Shown here: positions 61,271 through 64,000 of the stretch, piece by piece
Numbering within the stretch: the stretch's first letter is position 1
Layout of the letters: every line of letters starts with the position of its first letter
From: a virus
Direction: 5' to 3' (one strand)
Virus record (IMG/VR): IMGVR_UViG_3300020583_000224
Location: 1-64,000 of that record
DNA length: 64,000 nt
The notes under the pieces: generated by a model
What the model was told of the DNA's origin: nothing
Database searches by the model: none
What the model saw: only the letters and a program-made list of their open reading frames with translations
Made by a program: the position numbers and the translations under genes

Positions 61271-61473
61271 GCCTGCTCGCCGCCGATGTGGTCGAAGTCC
61301 ATGCCGCGCATGCCCGCGCGGAAAGTCGCCCACTCGTCTCGGTCGAACGTGAGCACCGGTCCGTCCGGGTCCTTGCTGTCGCGGATCAGCACGAGCCCGC
61401 CGTGCTCGCCAACCTCGACGCAAGTGGCATTGTTGGGGCACCTCGCGGCCTTGGCCCAGCGAATCTCACTCAT
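61267..61473 (-). CDS. DUF397 protein
   Basis: W.KA..C...TCVEV...IRDSKDPDGPVLTF...EW..F. Confidence 0.9.
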   Translation of the reverse strand: MSEIRWAKAARCPNNATCVEVGEHGGLVLIRDSKDPDGPVLTFDRDEWATFRAGMRGMDFDHIGGEQA

Positions 61474-62240
61474 CGTCATCTTCCTGTCCGTTGGCTTCGC
61501 GTACCGCCCGGTGGGTAGCCCGCGGTACGTCAATCGCGGCGCAGTGCTTGAGCCGGAACTGTTCGGCAGTCTCCCAGTCGAGACCTTCGGCGTCCTGCCG
61601 TTTCGCGTCGATCAACATGACGAGGGCGTCGCGGACCGCGTCCAACTGCACGGGACTGAGGCCGATCAAGTCGAACGTCGCCGGATTGTGGCGCGCATAG
61701 AGCACTCAACACCTCCAGGTCTGGGTCAATGCTAGAGGTTCGGTACGGCGAGCAGACCTTTTCAGTTGGAAGGTGCCGCGAGCCTGAGGATCCCGGCGGC
61801 CGCCTGCTCGATCTCGGCGGGAGTCGCGCCGGGCGCGGTGGTGATCTGCTCCATGGCGTCGAGGAACTGCCAGCGCGCGGTCAGTGCCCGGGTGAACGCG
61901 AGACTGTCGGCCACCGGTTCGTCGCCCGCGTCGCGTGCCTCGTTGTTGACGCGGGCGATCTCGGCCAGGCCGCTGGCCAACTCGTCGAACCACGGCGGGT
62001 CCGTGGAATCAGTGGATCTCACGGGGCGTCCAGGGCGTTCCTGAGGTCCGCGGCGATCGTGCGCGGGTCGACGCCGGTCGTAGCGAAGCTCTCACGCCAC
62101 ACGTTGACCGCAGTCTCGAACAGCTCGGCGGAACCGGCCAGGCTGTACGCCTCGCGCCAGGTCGCGGCCGGAATGCCGGTCTCCTGGCTGAGGGCGCCCA
62201 TCTGAATGTCGGTGACGGCCTCGGTGTTGCTGCGGGTCAT
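61466..62240 (-). other. three hypothetical ORFs (61466-61705, 61762-62022, 62019-62240)
   Basis: RBS/overlap coupling. Confidence 0.55.
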
Positions 62241-62242
62241 GG

Positions 62243-62647
62243 TCAGTTCTCCTCTTCTGTCTGCATTCCGCGCCGGGTGCACGTGGCGCATACGTCGAAG
62301 GGCACGCCGTTGGGGATGGTCGGGTCGGTCGCGGTCGGGGTTCCGGTTGTGCCGCATGCCGTCGTGACGGTGTCGTGGCCGTCGTTCCAGCGGGCACGGT
62401 GTCCGAGCCCGTCGATGATGGCGAGGATCGGGTATCGGTCGGTGCGTGTTCCGCGTCCGGGCCGGTTGGCATGCGCGGCACGGATCTCGTCTGCGGAGTA
62501 CAGCGCCTTGGCGGGCCCTCGCGGGCTGCGCTGGTAGCTGACGGCTTTGACGCCCCAGCGGGACAGGGTGCTGGTCGCGGACTTGTTCGTTGCGGCGCCG
62601 ATGTGCTCGGCGGCTTGCGTGATGGTCCAGAGTTCGGGTTCAGGCAT
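62243..62647 (-). CDS. MerR/excisionase-like HTH protein
   Basis: LWTITQAAEHIG...LYSADEIRAAHANRPGRG. Confidence 0.65.
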   Translation of the reverse strand: MPEPELWTITQAAEHIGAATNKSATSTLSRWGVKAVSYQRSPRGPAKALYSADEIRAAHANRPGRGTRTDRYPILAIIDGLGHRARWNDGHDTVTTACGTTGTPTATDPTIPNGVPFDVCATCTRRGMQTEEEN

Positions 62648-62714
62648 GGGCTTCCGTTCGGCGGCGGGGGGACGCGGCCAGGCGCCGGATCGATCCGGCG
62701 CCCGTGCGGTCTGG

Positions 62715-62990
62715 TCAGGCGGAGGCGTACGGGCCCATGATCGCGATCTTCTCGCCGAGTTCGAACTCGCGGACGTCGCCGTCGTTGCGGGTGACGATCA
62801 CCAGCGTCGGGGTGACCATGCCGCCGTCGCGCCAGACCTCGTACTCGGCGAGGCGGATCTCGACCGACTTGATGGTCCAGGCGTTCTCGTAGCCGGGGCG
62901 CACGGCCCAGTAGCGGAATCCGGGGCGCATGTCCTCGACGTTGATGCTCGTGGTCTCGACGATCCCGGCCTGCGTAGCGGTGGCGGTCAT
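62715..62990 (-). CDS. hypothetical protein (first gene after the promoter)
   Basis: AAGGAG RBS. Confidence 0.6.
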   Translation of the reverse strand: MTATATQAGIVETTSINVEDMRPGFRYWAVRPGYENAWTIKSVEIRLAEYEVWRDGGMVTPTLVIVTRNDGDVREFELGEKIAIMGPYASA

Positions 62991-63016
62991 GTCCGGCTCC
63001 TTCGTTGGCGTCTTCC

Positions 63017-63056
63017 TGACACTTCTAACTATGACGTATAGACGTGGAAGTGTCAA
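63017..63056 (-). promoter_or_regulatory. strong leftward promoter with a flanking inverted repeat
   Basis: TTGACA-N17-CATAGT on minus; TGACACTTC(63017)/GAAGTGTCA(63047). Confidence 0.75.
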
Positions 63057-63062
63057 GCGTGC

Positions 63063-63799
63063 CTACGAAGATTCCTCAACCATCCCCGGGTCGTCATCCG
63101 CATGCCCGGCAGCATGCGCCTCGGCCTCGCTGACGGCCAGCTCCCGCGTGGGGATCAGGTCTTTCGTCGTGTGCCCGCAGATCAGGCACGTCCAATACCA
63201 GTGATACAGCGTGCCGAGCTGCCTGCTGTACCGGAAGGCGTGCGGCCACACGCGGTACGTGGCGGGCTCGTACGTGACCTCGACGCGCCCATCCGGCCAC
63301 TGTGCGAGCGCTTCGAACCAGACCTCCGTGTAGTCCTGCGCGTGAACGCCTTCGGGCAGTACGGGCCACGCCGGCTTGGGGTTCGCGGCGCGCCAGGCGT
63401 CGATCGCGTCGGACGCGGCGCGGGCGGCATCGTCCTGACTCGTCACGAGCCATCACCGCCCGCCCGGTCAAGCTCTACCAGATCGGGGTGCGTTGCCATC
63501 TCGTCCCACCCGGCGTACAGGCCGAACGCACGCGGAGCATCCCGCCGCGGCACGAGCCATTCGAGGATCGCGCCGCACGGCAGCTTGTGGAGGGACTCGG
63601 CGAGCAGGGCGCCGTACACGGCCTCGCTGAACTGGATGTCGTGCTGCGGGATGTCGATCGCGAGGATCGGGCCGCGCGAGAGCGGGTTCACGGACGCGTG
63701 GAAGTGCACGTAGCAGCGGATCTCGGTGAGGATCCGTTCGCAGTCCGGGCCGCCGCGCATGAGGATGAAGCAGGCGGTGAACGCGGACGGGGCGGTCAC
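63063..63799 (-). other. two hypothetical ORFs (63063-63446, 63443-63799)
   Basis: overlap-coupled. Confidence 0.5.
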
Positions 63800-64000
63800 G
63801 GCGCTTCCCCCGTCCCGCCGCCGATCCCCTCGATCCGGCCGACGTGGGCTTCGATCTCGCCGTCCGCATTCCGGCCGACCGACACAAGCGCGACCGTGCC
63901 GGGCGGCATGCGCTCATCGACGATGATGCGCCCCGCCCAGTCGACCTTGGCGTTCTCGAGCCCGTAGGTTGGGTCGACCGCGCGGTGGATCTTCGTCGGC

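Overview
High-GC temperate actinophage genome segment. The host is probably a filamentous actinomycete (inference from WhiB, Lsr2, DUF397, DUF6221 and FxSxx-COOH content). Layout: (1) 1-10.3 kb, distal tail/receptor-binding genes with an antisense GT-C mannosyltransferase, then the lysis cassette. (2) 10.5-14.7 kb, tyrosine integrase, an intact attP carrying the 3' half of tRNA-Pro(GGG), and a divergent repressor/Cro/Xis switch with three palindromic operators. (3) 14.8-48.8 kb, a rightward early operon with recombination, DNA modification, replication (initiator, loader, DnaB) and many regulators and hypotheticals. (4) 48.8-64 kb, a mostly leftward accessory region. Phage genes flank both sides of the att core, so this is the unintegrated (attP) form. 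Most notable: a C5 methyltransferase gene containing a nested, out-of-frame gene made of about 8 LLPTP repeats, with both genes broken at one G10 tract; an orphan FxSxx-COOH (triceptide-type) precursor peptide next to an HTH-TPR regulator, a NUDIX hydrolase and an HATPase; a 10-bp-phased repeat array; small divergent HTH/promoter cassettes; and a triple-hairpin RNA candidate. All family calls are by eye from motifs, with no database searches.
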